From the NCBI RefSeq assembly GCF_001194135.2, contig NC_069006.1:10497671-10531954 (forward strand): a DNA stretch of 34,284 nt, in the 5' to 3' direction. Position 1 is the stretch's first letter, and every line of letters begins with the position of its first letter. Under the pieces are notes generated by a model. The model was not told the origin of the DNA and did not search any database. It saw only the letters and a list, made by a program, of their open reading frames with translations. This document shows, in pieces, positions 11,461 to 22,296 of this stretch. Source of the DNA: Octopus bimaculoides (lineage: Eukaryota). A program made the translations under genes and the position numbers.

Positions 11461-11879
11461 ACACACACTATCTTATATTTTGAGACGGTAGGTAAGGTTG
11501 TAATTTGCGACGTCTGGCTGCTATTTCTAACGGATCGAGCATGTGTGTCCCCACCACGTTGGCACGGGGAATAAGGTGAGGCTGAATCGGCAAAGAAGAC
11601 AGGGGCAGAGAAAGAAAGAGACATGGAAAGAGAGGCAGGAGCAACAAAGACAGCAATGATGAGGGCTTAGACATTCTTCTCAATTCAGTATCAATGGAAG
11701 AGAGAAAATGAAGATATTGTCCTGGGATAACATCACATGTTTAGCGGGGAACAGAAAAAGAAGTGTTGATGTGCGCGGTACGTGGGGGGTCAAGAAAAGA
11801 AGAAGGGGTTAGAACGGGACTGTTACGTCATGATGTTCATTCATTCACGATTTGTGATTCGTAGTAATTCTTAACACAC

Positions 11880-12084
11880 TCAATATATCCCAGATTGTAT
11901 GTTGCGTGTATGTACATACATATATATATATCACGTCCTCACTTTGTTGTTTTTTTGTTATTGTTTTTTTGATATATATATATATATATACATACACACA
12001 CCACACACATACATATATATACACACACACATANNNNNNNNNNATACAAATGTAAGCACGGATATGTTCACACGCTGTTTTTCC

Positions 12085-12158
<74 letters not shown>

Positions 12159-12743
12159 CAATGTGTAAGGATGCTCAAATGTATACACAAGTAACTGCTT
12201 ATACTAGAATACATATATTCACACATGTAGAAAGATGCGTACATATATATTTTTTAAACGTCTATAACACATACATACATACATGTACACTTGTGTATGT
12301 GTTGATGTACATACATGACTAAATATCTAAGCATCATAAAATAACGTGATGGATAATCCAATTTAAAGATACTATACATATATACACACACACACGCATA
12401 TGTATATATACATATTCACACGTGTGTGCATTTATGCACATGTATATAAATATACACACATGTAAGTATATAAATACACACATGTATATATGTGTAAGCA
12501 TATAAATATACACGTATATGTATATAAATATTCACATGTATATATAAATATTCACATGTATGTATGTATGTATATATATATATTCACATGTATATAAATA
12601 TTTACATGTGCATATCTTAGACACACACATACGTGTGTGTGTGTGTGTGTAGACATGTCTGCGTCTACGATCAGAGTCGATGCTTTCTTTGTTATTTTAA
12701 ATTTCCGGTATTGCTACAAACGAGTCACACACACACATATACA

Positions 12744-12780
<37 letters not shown>

Positions 12781-13816
12781 GCTCTGAATACGTTGACCAT
12801 CGTCATCATCACCTTAGTGAACTTTACGTTCTAAGTTCAAATCCCACTGAGGTCCAACTTTGCTTCCCCCCCCCCCACTTCCTGGGTCGATAGAAAAAAA
12901 GTACTATTGGAGTACGAGAATTAATATAATCGACAATATCCAGTCCTCCCTTGCGTATCTATCAAAAATCATCATCATTATTATTAATCAACATCAATAG
13001 ACAAAAGCCAGTCTGGTGCAATGTTGGCAGTCTTTATGTTTTGTGTTTAAAGCTATATATTGTGTAGTCTCAGAGAGAGCAGCTGTGATGTGTGTGTGTG
13101 TGTGTGTGTATTATATATATAAACTCTTATATTCTACATACATATATATATATGTATATACACATGTGGACGTTATGTTAAAACTATTTCAAATCTGAAA
13201 TAAAATAAAACAAAAACACCCAAGCCCAAATGTTCGAACATACACGCATTAGTGTGTAGGTATTTTGTTATGTATATACACACATTTATAAAATGTGTAT
13301 ATATACACATCTGTAAAATATGTATAGCATATACAAACACGCATGTTTTCCAAGAAATCAAGATATATACAAAGTCTTTACTGCGGTGCTCCATCATGGC
13401 CATTGGCCGTAAGACTGTATACATACATATGCGCTATATGTATGCGTGTTTATGTATATTAACACGTATACAACGCACGTGTATAATATGTATATATATA
13501 TATATGTATATACACACACACACACATTCTACATATATACACACACAAATCCATACACAATATGAGAATTCTGTCCCATGTGGAGGGACAACGGTTTGAA
13601 CACAAAGACGGGACATATAGTGTGTGTATATATATACTGCACACGTAGATCTACATACATACAGCAATTTAATAGGACGATATATATTTCTATACATATA
13701 AGACTGATAATATTCAATAACTATATGCAAACACATACTATAAAACTATATAAACATATAGATAACGTATGTGATATATATATATATATATATCTATATA
13801 TGTGTGTATATAATAT

Positions 13817-13862
<46 letters not shown>

Positions 13863-13940
13863 CAGAGGCAAGCAAGACGAACAGACAGACATATGAATGG
13901 AAGACATATAAACAATATAAAGTATAAATAATATAATATA
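11880..13940. repeat. AT-rich compound microsatellite field ((TA)n, (CA)n, (GA)n, TACA)
   Basis: Direct inspection. Confidence 0.9.
12810..12935 (+). mobile_element. SINE family D fragment
   Basis: CTTTACGTTCTAAGTTCAAATCCCACTGAGGTCCAACTTTGC...GGGTCGATA...AAGTAC. Confidence 0.7.
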
Positions 13941-13949
13941 AATACCTAA

Positions 13950-14620
13950 GAGTAAGGTGGAAGAGAGGGGGGAGGTGGTGGTGAAGGAGGAAAGTTTGTG
14001 AAACTGAGTTGGTAGAATGTACCCGGAATATAAAGTTGGCTGGGCAACAACAGTGGAGCTTTGAGTAGGGTTGCGGGTAGTTTGGTGGTTGAGTGAGAGG
14101 AGAGGAGGTAGTGGTAGGAGAGATTAATGTGGGAGTAGGAGGAGCTGGAATAGGAGGAGTAGGAGTGGTGAGAGGGATGGACGGAGTGAATGGGAGAGAT
14201 AGAGAGGGTGGTGTGCTTAGGTGAGTGCTGAGGGACAGTGTGAGGAAGAATGAAAGAGATAGAAAAAGGGGATGAGTGGGAGGGGGAAAGAGAAACGGGG
14301 AGGACGGTGTCTCGCGGGGAGGGATGACAGATGGTGAGACGTTTGAAAGAGTGTGAGGGGGGGAAGGAGAAAAAGAGAAGATGAGTGTGAGGGAGGGAAA
14401 GAAAATGGCAAAGAGAGAAAGGAGGTGGCAGGACGAATGAGTATGAGAGAGAGAGAGAGGGGACGGTGTGTTAGCGAGAGCGGTAAGAGAAGGTGAAAGG
14501 TAAGAAACGTGTGACGGAGAAAGAAAGAGAGAGAGAGGGAAAGGGTAGCAGGAAGAGTAAAGTTGGGACTAAGTAGGAGGAACTTGACAAAGAACGACAC
14601 GGAAAAAGACAAAGACACTT
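13950..14620 (+). repeat. Purine (G/A)-rich low-complexity tract
   Basis: Strong plus-strand G/A bias; antisense ORFs are Leu/Ser/Phe-rich artefacts. Confidence 0.85.
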
Positions 14621-14633
14621 ATATACAAACGCA

Positions 14634-14673
14634 CACACGCCTCTTTCTCTCTCTCTCTCTTATATATGTTATG

Positions 14674-14706
<33 letters not shown>

Positions 14707-14791
14707 GTCTTTCTCTCTCTTATATATGTTATGTATATATATATATATATACACACACACACGGCTTTCTCTCTCTCTCTCTTATATATGT

Positions 14792-14826
<35 letters not shown>

Positions 14827-14830
14827 GCAC
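14634..14830. repeat. Three tandem copies of a ~60-bp compound unit (CACACG-(CT)n-TATATATGTTATG-(TA)n-(CA)n)
   Basis: CTCTCTTATATATGTTATGTATAT recurs three times. Confidence 0.9.
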
Positions 14831-15339
14831 ACACATGGAACCGTTTTAGTAGTGTTATTGGACCCCGATAAATCAATGCATAGGGCCCGACAGTATATAT
14901 ATATACACATATATATATACATTTACTGAAAACAAACAACTGTATATTCGAATTCGGTCCCAAGATATGTCGGCATCCCACCCGCGGGCAAATTGCCCGT
15001 GTCTGGAGACGGCACTGCGCGCGTGTATGTGTGTGTGTGTATGTGTGGTTTGCGTGCGTATTTAGTCATATAACAAGATCCAGTGACGTTGCGAAGCCCC
15101 TTCTTCTAGGAACCATAGGAAAGGAGGGAGTGAAGAAGAAGAAGAAATGGTTGGCGTCAAAGAATGGACACGGAAATCGTTGAGTGAGAACGTCACTGCT
15201 CGCTGTATTGCTAGGCCAATCCTCGAGCTCTGACATACAATCGCGACAGATGGAAGAAAAAACTGGTTTGCAGTAAGCCAGTCATTACGGTCCACCCGTA
15301 CACGACTCTATCAGAATTCTGAAGGCCCAAGACAAGTGT

Positions 15340-17025
15340 GTTTTAGAGAGAGAGAGAAGGGAGAGCGCAAAATAGAAAGATAGAGAGAGAAGGGAGAGCG
15401 CAAAATAGAAAGATAGAGAGATATGTAATAAAAGAGAGGCGGAGGTGGTGCGTATGTGTGTATATGGGAGAGAAAGAGAAACAAAAGCGTGACGGAAGTG
15501 ACGAGGAAAAGGTGAGGGATCGGACAGTGAGTGTGAGTGAAAGAAAGAGTGGCAGAAGTAAGAACGGAGTGGAAGGAACTGACAGGTAAAAGAGAGGAAA
15601 TATAAAGAGAGAGTGGAAGAGAGGTAGGGAAGTTGAGGTGGCCAGATACAGACAGACAGATAGATAGATAGATTGAGAGAGAGATACAAAAGAGATAGGA
15701 GGGAGAGAGAGTGATGGGGAAAAGAATGAGACAGATGTGACAAGGAAGGAGTGTTATAGTAATTAGTTTAAGATAGTTAAGGGATGAGGGAGAGAGAGTA
15801 AAAGTTATGAGAGGGGGAAACAAGAATAGAGAAGGTGAGAAAACAGACAGAAAGAAAGGAGAAAAAGAGAAAGAAACAGCGTTGCAAGAAAAAAAGTAAG
15901 AGTGAGGGGAAATAAAGAGAGAAATAATGTAAGTAAAAGAGATGGAGTGAGAGCGGAAGGAGGAAGGAGATAAAGTAGAGCAGAGAGTAGACAAAAAGAA
16001 AGAGAGAGAGAGAGAGAAAGGACTGAGATATAAAGGAAGACAAAGAAAGGAAAGAATAAGGAGGAGGAAGGGATGGAAGTAAAACGATTAAGAGAAAGGA
16101 AGAGGAAGATGATAATAAAGAAATAAACAAGAAAGGAGGAGGAGGATAAAGATATAAACAGATGGGAAGGGGAGAATGAAAGAGAGAGAATTGAAGGAAA
16201 TACGGAGAAATAACAAAGAAATGAAACAGGAAAAGAAGAAAGAAATAAAGAGAGAAACAGTAAGAGTGAGAATATATGGAAAAGGGGAGGGGGAGGTTAA
16301 GCGAGTTAAACAACAAAGAAAGAAAGTAAACCATCAGAGTGGTAGGAAGAGGGAGAAAGAAAGGAAAGTTTGAGGAGAAAGAGGATAAGGTAGGGGAAGA
16401 GAAAGAGATAAACAAAGCAAAGGAAGGCGAAGGGAGAGGAAAGAAAAGCAGAGGGGCAGAGACAGTGAAAGAGAGAGAGAGAGAAGTTAAGGAAACGGAG
16501 CTGGAGGTTGAAAGACAGATATACAACAAAGAATGAAAGACAGGGAGGAGAAGGGAGAGAGATAGACAGAGAAATAGAATGAAAGTAACAGAGAGATAGA
16601 GAATAGAAGGGAAGAAGGTAGGGGATAGGTGGCAGTTATTATTTTCGGAAACAAAGACAGAGATAGATTGAGAGAGAGAGAGAGAGAGAGAGAAATGCTG
16701 GATGATACATAGAGAGAGACAGAAGAGGAATAAAATATGTATCGAAAGTTAGTGCTTTGTCAAAAAAATAGACAGGTAGAGAGAGAAAGGAAGAGAGATA
16801 CATAAATAGACAGATAGTCACAAAGAGAAAGAGACAAACAGATAAATAGAGAGAGGGAGGGAGATAAAGAGAGATAGAGAGAGGGAGGGAGATAAAGAGA
16901 GAGAGAGAGAATCACACACGCATGCACAGAGAGAAACACAGAAAGAGTAACACTGACTGACAGAGAGACAGATAGATAGATGGATAGATAGAAAGATAGA
17001 TAGATAGATGGGGACAGAGAGAGAA
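15340..17025 (+). repeat. Long purine-rich (GA/GGA/GATA) low-complexity tract; contains a 33-bp tandem duplication at about 15352-15418
   Basis: Direct inspection; AGGGAGAGCGCAAAATAGAAAGATAG occurs at 15358 and 15391. Confidence 0.9.
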
Positions 17026-17282
17026 ATGGTCGAAGTGATGGTGTGTGATGTTTGTTAATGATGGAGAGTCTCGTACTTTCTCGGCTGACCGTTAACGAGA
17101 CTTTAACAAAACATCAGCCATCAAGTTGAGGAAAAAGCAAGAGACAGAGGAGGCAAAGAAGATGAAACAGCATCTGTGAAGGCAATGATGCTGTTGTTAT
17201 TGTTGTTTAACAACAGGACTTTCTTGACCCAGCAAATCTGTAATCAAAGAATCAAACGCTTTCCAGACGCGACCATCTAATT

Positions 17283-17603
17283 CAGTGATTCTCAACAATT
17301 TTTTTCTTTTTACCTATGGACCGAGACCTCCCCACCATAGCCATTCGATGTTTAAAAACTAATTTTATAGAAACTTCTTTCAAAATTCTTATTTTGTCTT
17401 TCACACATTAACTTGTGGTAGGTTGAACTATGTAAAATGTTAGAGAAAGAAACTTAACTCTTTCTTGCAATATATACCAATACCTACATCTAAAGCAAAA
17501 TTTTTTCAGGGGCCCTTAAAATACTATTGTAGATCCCCATTTACTATTTTACTATGTGGACCCCTCCCCCCAATATTATATGGACCCCGGTTAAGAACCA
17601 CTG
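17283..17603. mobile_element. hAT MITE (older copy)
   Basis: CAGTGATTCTCAAC...GTTAAGAACCACTG; TSD degraded (ATCTAATT / ATCGAACC); interior matches 7724-8028. Confidence 0.8.
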
Positions 17604-17913
17604 ATCGAACCCCATTTCTACTTCGCAGGCATAAGGTGAAGGTACGAGGCCTTAGTGGTCTACACCGGATGATGACACGTGGTATTCTTTAGCAAAACAA
17701 CTTCTTTAGACGTTCATCCATTCCACCAAGCTGTAAATTAACAATAGCTATAAAGTTATCCCTGCGACGGGCCAGCTTCCCTTTCAGGAGGATGGTATGG
17801 TAACCTCACTCACTTCTACGACATGGAAATCTCCATGGGACACATGACAGACAAGTGAGGCACATTGTATGTAAAGCGGCTAATTGCCAGAGATTTTAGA
17901 GCATTGGATGGGA

Positions 17914-17990
17914 TTCGTACAGTTTCCCGTCGAACAAATTCATTTACAAGTTATTTGTCGGTCCGAGGCTGTAGTAGTTGACACTCGCTT
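17914..17990 (-). mobile_element. SINE family A fragment, head-to-head with the next copy
   Basis: Reverse complement aligns to 18041-18112. Confidence 0.65.
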
Positions 17991-18012
17991 TGCAACCGCC
18001 TGGCTTTCAAAT

Positions 18013-18393
18013 TCAGTCTCACTGCGTGGCACCTCGGGAAAGTGTCTTCATCTATAGCCTCCGTCCGATTAATACCTGTGAGTGAATTTGGTAAACGGAA
18101 ACTGTGTGGAAGCCTATCAAATATATATCTACACACACTCTCACTCTCACGCACATACTTATATTTCTTTGTGTGTGTATGTATGCATGTGTTGTCTTTA
18201 TTTTGTTTGTCCCCGCAATCGCTTGATAACTGGTGTCCGTTTGTTTATGTTCCCATAACTTAGTGGTCTGACAAAAGACACTGAGAAAACAAGTACCTGA
18301 CTTTAACAAAAATGCTGGGGTTGAATTGTTCGACTAAACCCATCATGGCGGTGCCTCAGCATGGCCGCAGTTCAATGCGTGAAATAAGTAAAA
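18013..18393 (+). mobile_element. SINE family A (5'-truncated, diverged)
   Basis: CAGTCTCACTGCGTGGCACCTCGGGAAAGTGTC...CAGCATGGCCGCAGT...AAGTAAAA. Confidence 0.8.
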
Positions 18394-18853
18394 CGAGAAT
18401 GTTCATCCTCTATCCATGGAATGACGGCTAACTTAAAGCTATTTGTTGCGTCTACAAACATGGAGTCAAGAGTTGGTAGAGCAACAAGCAAAATATTTTG
18501 TGCGTAATTATTCCGGTTATTTTGCTTTCTGACTTTCTGGTGATGTTTTAAATTCGGAAGGCGGAGGCAGGCGAAGAAATCAGTGACTGGACCAATATGA
18601 CGAGCTGGCTGGACAATATGACGAGCTGGTTGGACAAGAGTGACCAGGCTACTGGAGGAACTCGTGCTTAAGCGGGAGGACATTCACTGTGCTGTCATCA
18701 ATGCACTGCATGCAGACGATACAACAACCACAACCACAACAACAACAGAAGCAGCAGTAACATGGCGGCGACGACGACTTATCTCCTGAATTCAAATTCC
18801 GTCGAGGTTTCAACTTTGCCTTTTGTCTTTCTGGAGCCAGAAAAAGAAATATT

Positions 18854-19167
18854 TATTTATTTATTTATTTATGCGCCCTTTTAAAGCCTTAGCCAGGCTC
18901 ATGGGCCCGGTTTCCCGGTTTCTATGGCGTATGTGCCCCCCCCCCAGCTAGACGACACGCCAGTCCATCGCAGCGTTACTCAAGAAACAGGGAGAAAGAA
19001 TGAGAGCAAGTTGGGGCGAAAGAGTACAACAGGGGTCGCCACCACCCCCTGCCGGAGCCTCGTGGAGCTTTAGGTGTTTTCGCTCAATAAACACACACAA
19101 CGCCCGGTCTGGGAATCGAAACCGCGATCCCCCGACCGCGAGTCCGCTGCCCTAACCACTGGGCCAC
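18854..19167 (-). mobile_element. tRNA-derived SINE, head1/mid1 + tail2 (V-domain-like)
   Basis: Minus strand: TGGCCCAGTGGTTAGGGCAGCGG...GGTTTCGATTCC...GAGTAACGCTGCGATGGACTGGCG...AAAGGGCGCAT(AAAT)n; 12-bp TSD AAAAGAAATATT at 18842-18853 and 19168-19179. Confidence 0.9.
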
Positions 19168-19183
19168 AAAAGAAATATTAGTT

Positions 19184-19380
19184 TCTAATTTTGGCACAAG
19201 GCTAATTATTTCGGGGGAGGAGTAAGTCGATTACATCATAAAGTAAGTACTAGCGTTTCACTGGTATTTACTTCATCGACTCCGAGAAGCTGAACAGCAA
19301 AGTCAACCTCGGCGGGATTTGAATTCAGAACGCGAAGACGGACGAAACGCCGTTAGAGATTCTGCCATCTCGCTGCCTTC
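19184..19380 (-). mobile_element. SINE family D
   Basis: Homologous to 8385-8593. Confidence 0.8.
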
Positions 19381-19414
19381 CCAATAAATGAAATAGCCAG
19401 ACCAGAGCTAGTAG

Positions 19415-19800
19415 GGAGGTTGTCGATGAGTGATGTATGCCTTGTAAGTATTTGCTACGGTTATTTAAGTTCTGAGTTGAAATCCCACCGGGATCTCAAA
19501 TTTTATTGTTCAGCCTTCCGGGGCTAATAAATGAATCGTTAGAGCATTAGACGGCTTATGTATGCCTTGCGGGAATTAGTCCTTGCTCTTTACGTTCTGG
19601 CTGCAAATCCTGCGGCTGTCTCAAATTTACCTTTCATCCTTCAGGTGTCCATAAATGAAATACTAAAGGCGTGGCTATGCGGTAAGAAGTTTGTTTTCCA
19701 CCCACATGGTTCCGGGTTCAGTCCCACTGCGTGTTTTCTTCTATAGCCTCGTGCCGACCAAGTGTATGTGGTAGACGGAAAATAAAAGATGCCCGTCGTA
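19415..19800 (+). mobile_element. Two degenerate family D fragments (19415-19665) followed by a family A 5' half (19668-19800)
   Basis: GTTCTGAGTTGAAATCCCACCG...CAGCCTTCCGGGGCTAATAAATG; CCTTTCATCCTTCAGGTGTCCATAAA; GGCGTGGCTATGCGGTAAGAAG...GGTTCAGTCCCACTGCGTG. Confidence 0.6.
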
Positions 19801-19848
19801 TGTGTGTCATCTGTGAGGGTGAATAGTGTCTCTCGGTTAGTGTTGCTC

Positions 19849-21296
19849 TGAAACCCACTACCTATGCAATTTTCTAGACATCCTACTGAAAGCCTTGCTG
19901 AATTACGTCAAAAGTTTCATTAAAGACGATCTAGATATGCTTAAGCACAACTAATGAAGAGACATTATTGGTTTCCTTCGATGTTATTAATCTTTACACC
20001 AATATCCTACAAGACAATGGAATAGCGCAGAAACCAGGTTTTTATTATTGAAACTTTAAAATTTATATTTCAGAACAATTATTTCCTATTTGATGACACC
20101 TACTATCGACAAAAATGTGGAATTGCGATGGGCACAAAAGTAGCCCCTGTTCTTGAGAACCTAATAATGGGATATTTTTAATTCACCATATATGAAGTGT
20201 CACTGCCAAAATATGGATATCCATTTCAACATTATATAAAAGAAAATTGGAAAAGATATCTGGACGACTGCTTTATCATTTGGAATGAGACCACTGACAA
20301 ACTTTTGGAATTTAAATCAAAACTAAATAGTATAAACCCTAACATTCAGATTACAATGGAATATAGCAAAGAACAGCTCTTTTTCTTAGATATTCTTATT
20401 AAAAAAAGGCAATAACCAAATATCTTCTGTTTAGCTCATGCCACCTGAAACACACCAAAAGAAATATTCCCTTTAATTTAGCGAAAACGATTTGCACAAT
20501 AATGTCTGATAGAAATACTCGGGACCTCCGTCTTCAAGACCTCAGAACAACACTAACTGAGAGACACTATCCAGCCTCACTTATAGATGATGGAACTAAA
20601 CGCGCCAAGAAAATTATCATTAAAACACTAAGGTAAACAAAATGAAACACCACACTTCATCTCAAAATACTAACGTATCAACTTGCAGCCTTAGAAACAA
20701 TTAGGCATACAACATTATTGTACAAAATCTATTACTGCTCACTAGGGATGCAAAAATGAAAAACATCTTGAAAAGAAATTAATTCAAAAGCAATCCAAAA
20801 TCGCTGAAAAGACTACTGACAAATGCAAAACTTTACACAACAGCTACGAAACCAATGATTACAAAAATGAGGACTTCTAAACTGTGGAACATGCCACAAC
20901 CTACTGGAAGGCTCAGAATTCCAATTTGAACAAGGAGAGAAGTTCACAATTAAGACCAACTTCACTTGGGCATCCGAGAATTTAATTTATGTTATAACCT
21001 GTTCAGGTTGTGGACATAACTATATAGGAGAGACAAGTATGTCACTTAGACGGAGAACCAGACTACATAAGGAACAGATCCGTTTTCCAAGGTATGAACA
21101 GATCCGTTTTCCAAGGTATAAACAGATCCGTTTTCCAAGGTATAAACAGATACCATTGAGTGAACATATAGAGAGATGTACAGGAAATTTTCAATCAAAT
21201 TTCAAAGTCTTCCCCATCTACCAGTGCAAAGAAACAATTTCTGTACAAGAACGTTTAAATAAAGAAAATGTATCGAAAAATACAGAGCACGACTAA
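19849..21296 (+). pseudogene. Decayed Penelope-like element (Neptune-like): RT + GIY-YIG endonuclease, frameshifted and 5'-truncated
   Basis: Translated blocks FLDILLK..VKSFIKD, LVSFDVINLYTNI, YRQKCGIAMGTKVAP, KRYLDDCFIIW (YLDD at 20257-20268), FLDILI, SCHLKHTKRNIPFNLA, NLIYVITCSGCGHNYIGET..LH..SEHIERC. Confidence 0.92.
21073..21151 (+). repeat. 24-bp tandem triplication (AACAGATCCGTTTTCCAAGGTATR x3.3), in frame within GIY-YIG
   Basis: Encodes (E/K)QIRFPRY three times. Confidence 0.95.
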
Positions 21297-21627
21297 ATAT
21301 GAACGAATAACCAACTTTGGTTTCAGAATATATTTTAATATATTTTAATTCGTGATCACATAATGAGTTTTTGTATGTTTATTTAACACACCCCAGAAAT
21401 GAACAATTACTTCCTTTGTCCCCAGTAATAACTATCACTAATTACCTCCCCTTAGATGTTTCTACTTGTTGATTTATTCACAAACTTTCAAACAAGAACA
21501 TGGACTAAAATCTTAAGAAAATATGAAATTACAATACTCTTTCATTTAAAATATATTGAAACGATGTAAACTGTGTGCATTTTTTCACATTATTTACATT
21601 CGACGGATATTTGTCCTCATCTTGTTT

Positions 21628-21680
21628 GTTGTTAACAACGTTTCAGCAGATATACCCTCCAGCCTTCTTCAGGTGTCTTG
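21628..21680 (-). ncRNA. Minimal hammerhead-ribozyme-like motif in the inverted pLTR
   Basis: Minus strand: CTGAAGA(21672-21666)-A-GGCTG..loop..CTGCT-GAAAC(21644-21640)-GTTGTTAACAAC (12-bp palindrome); stem II has one mismatch and stem I is weak. Confidence 0.55.
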
Positions 21681-21732
21681 GGGAAATTTCGAACCTGGGT
21701 TCTCATTCCTAAGGTATTTTTCGATGTTGTTG

Positions 21733-21779
<47 letters not shown>

Positions 21780-22094
21780 GTTATTATTATTATTATTGTT
21801 ATATTGATAAATCGGGTATAGCTGACCATGTATGGAAAAAATGGAGACCACCTCCCCCTGTGGGATGAAGTTAAAATAATAGACAGAGAACACCACTGGA
21901 AAATACGAAAACTAAAATCNNNNNNNNNNCACTGGAAAATACGAAAACTAAAATCAGCAGCACATATGCTAGGACACAACAACCTCCTAAGCAGACCGAG
22001 TGCAGATATGAACAGTATATGGGGACTGGTATTAAAGAAGGATAGGAGAACATTAGACTTGTAAGTCCTAAAATTCACTCCATAATTGCCTACA

Positions 22095-22166
22095 GGCATA
22101 TGGCGTAGTGGTTAAGAGCGCTGGCTACTAACCCCAAGATTCCGAGTTCGATTCCAGGCAGTGACC
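22095..22166 (+). promoter_or_regulatory. tRNA-derived internal Pol III promoter (A-box/B-box); not a functional tRNA
   Basis: A-box TGGCGTAGTGG 22101-22111; B-box GTTCGATTCC 22146-22155; CTACTAA loop resembles tRNA-Ser, but anticodon and T stems are largely unpaired. Confidence 0.75.
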
Positions 22167-22256
22167 TGAACAACAACAACAACAATAATAATAATAATAA
22201 TAATAATAACATCGAAAAATACCTTAGGAATGAGACCCCAGGTTCGAAATTTCCCC

Positions 22257-22296
22257 AAGACACCTGAAGAAGGCTGGAGGGTATATCAGCCGAAAC
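22257..22296 (+). ncRNA. Hammerhead-like motif in the 3' pLTR (stem III deleted in this copy)
   Basis: CTGAAGA 22264-22270, stem II GGCTG/CAGCC (22272-76/22287-91), GAAAC 22292-96; the GTTGTTAACAACAAAC block present in the inverted copy is missing. Confidence 0.55.

Noticed and set aside
15285-16536. 152-250 aa Leu/Ser/Phe-rich membrane-like ORFs and Glu/Lys/Arg-rich ORFs (also at 14217-14618, 24295-25168, 26151-26523)
   Set aside because: Products of GA/CT low-complexity DNA, which lacks stop codons
21894-21955. Apparent 26-bp direct repeat (HWKIRKLK twice) around a 10-N gap
   Set aside because: Same contig-overlap artefact; collapsing it restores a normal GIY-YIG C-terminus
22095-22166. 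tRNA-Ser(ACT) gene
   Set aside because: Anticodon stem has only 2 pairs, T stem has 2 mismatches, acceptor stem is poor and there is no long variable arm; it is a tRNA-derived head only
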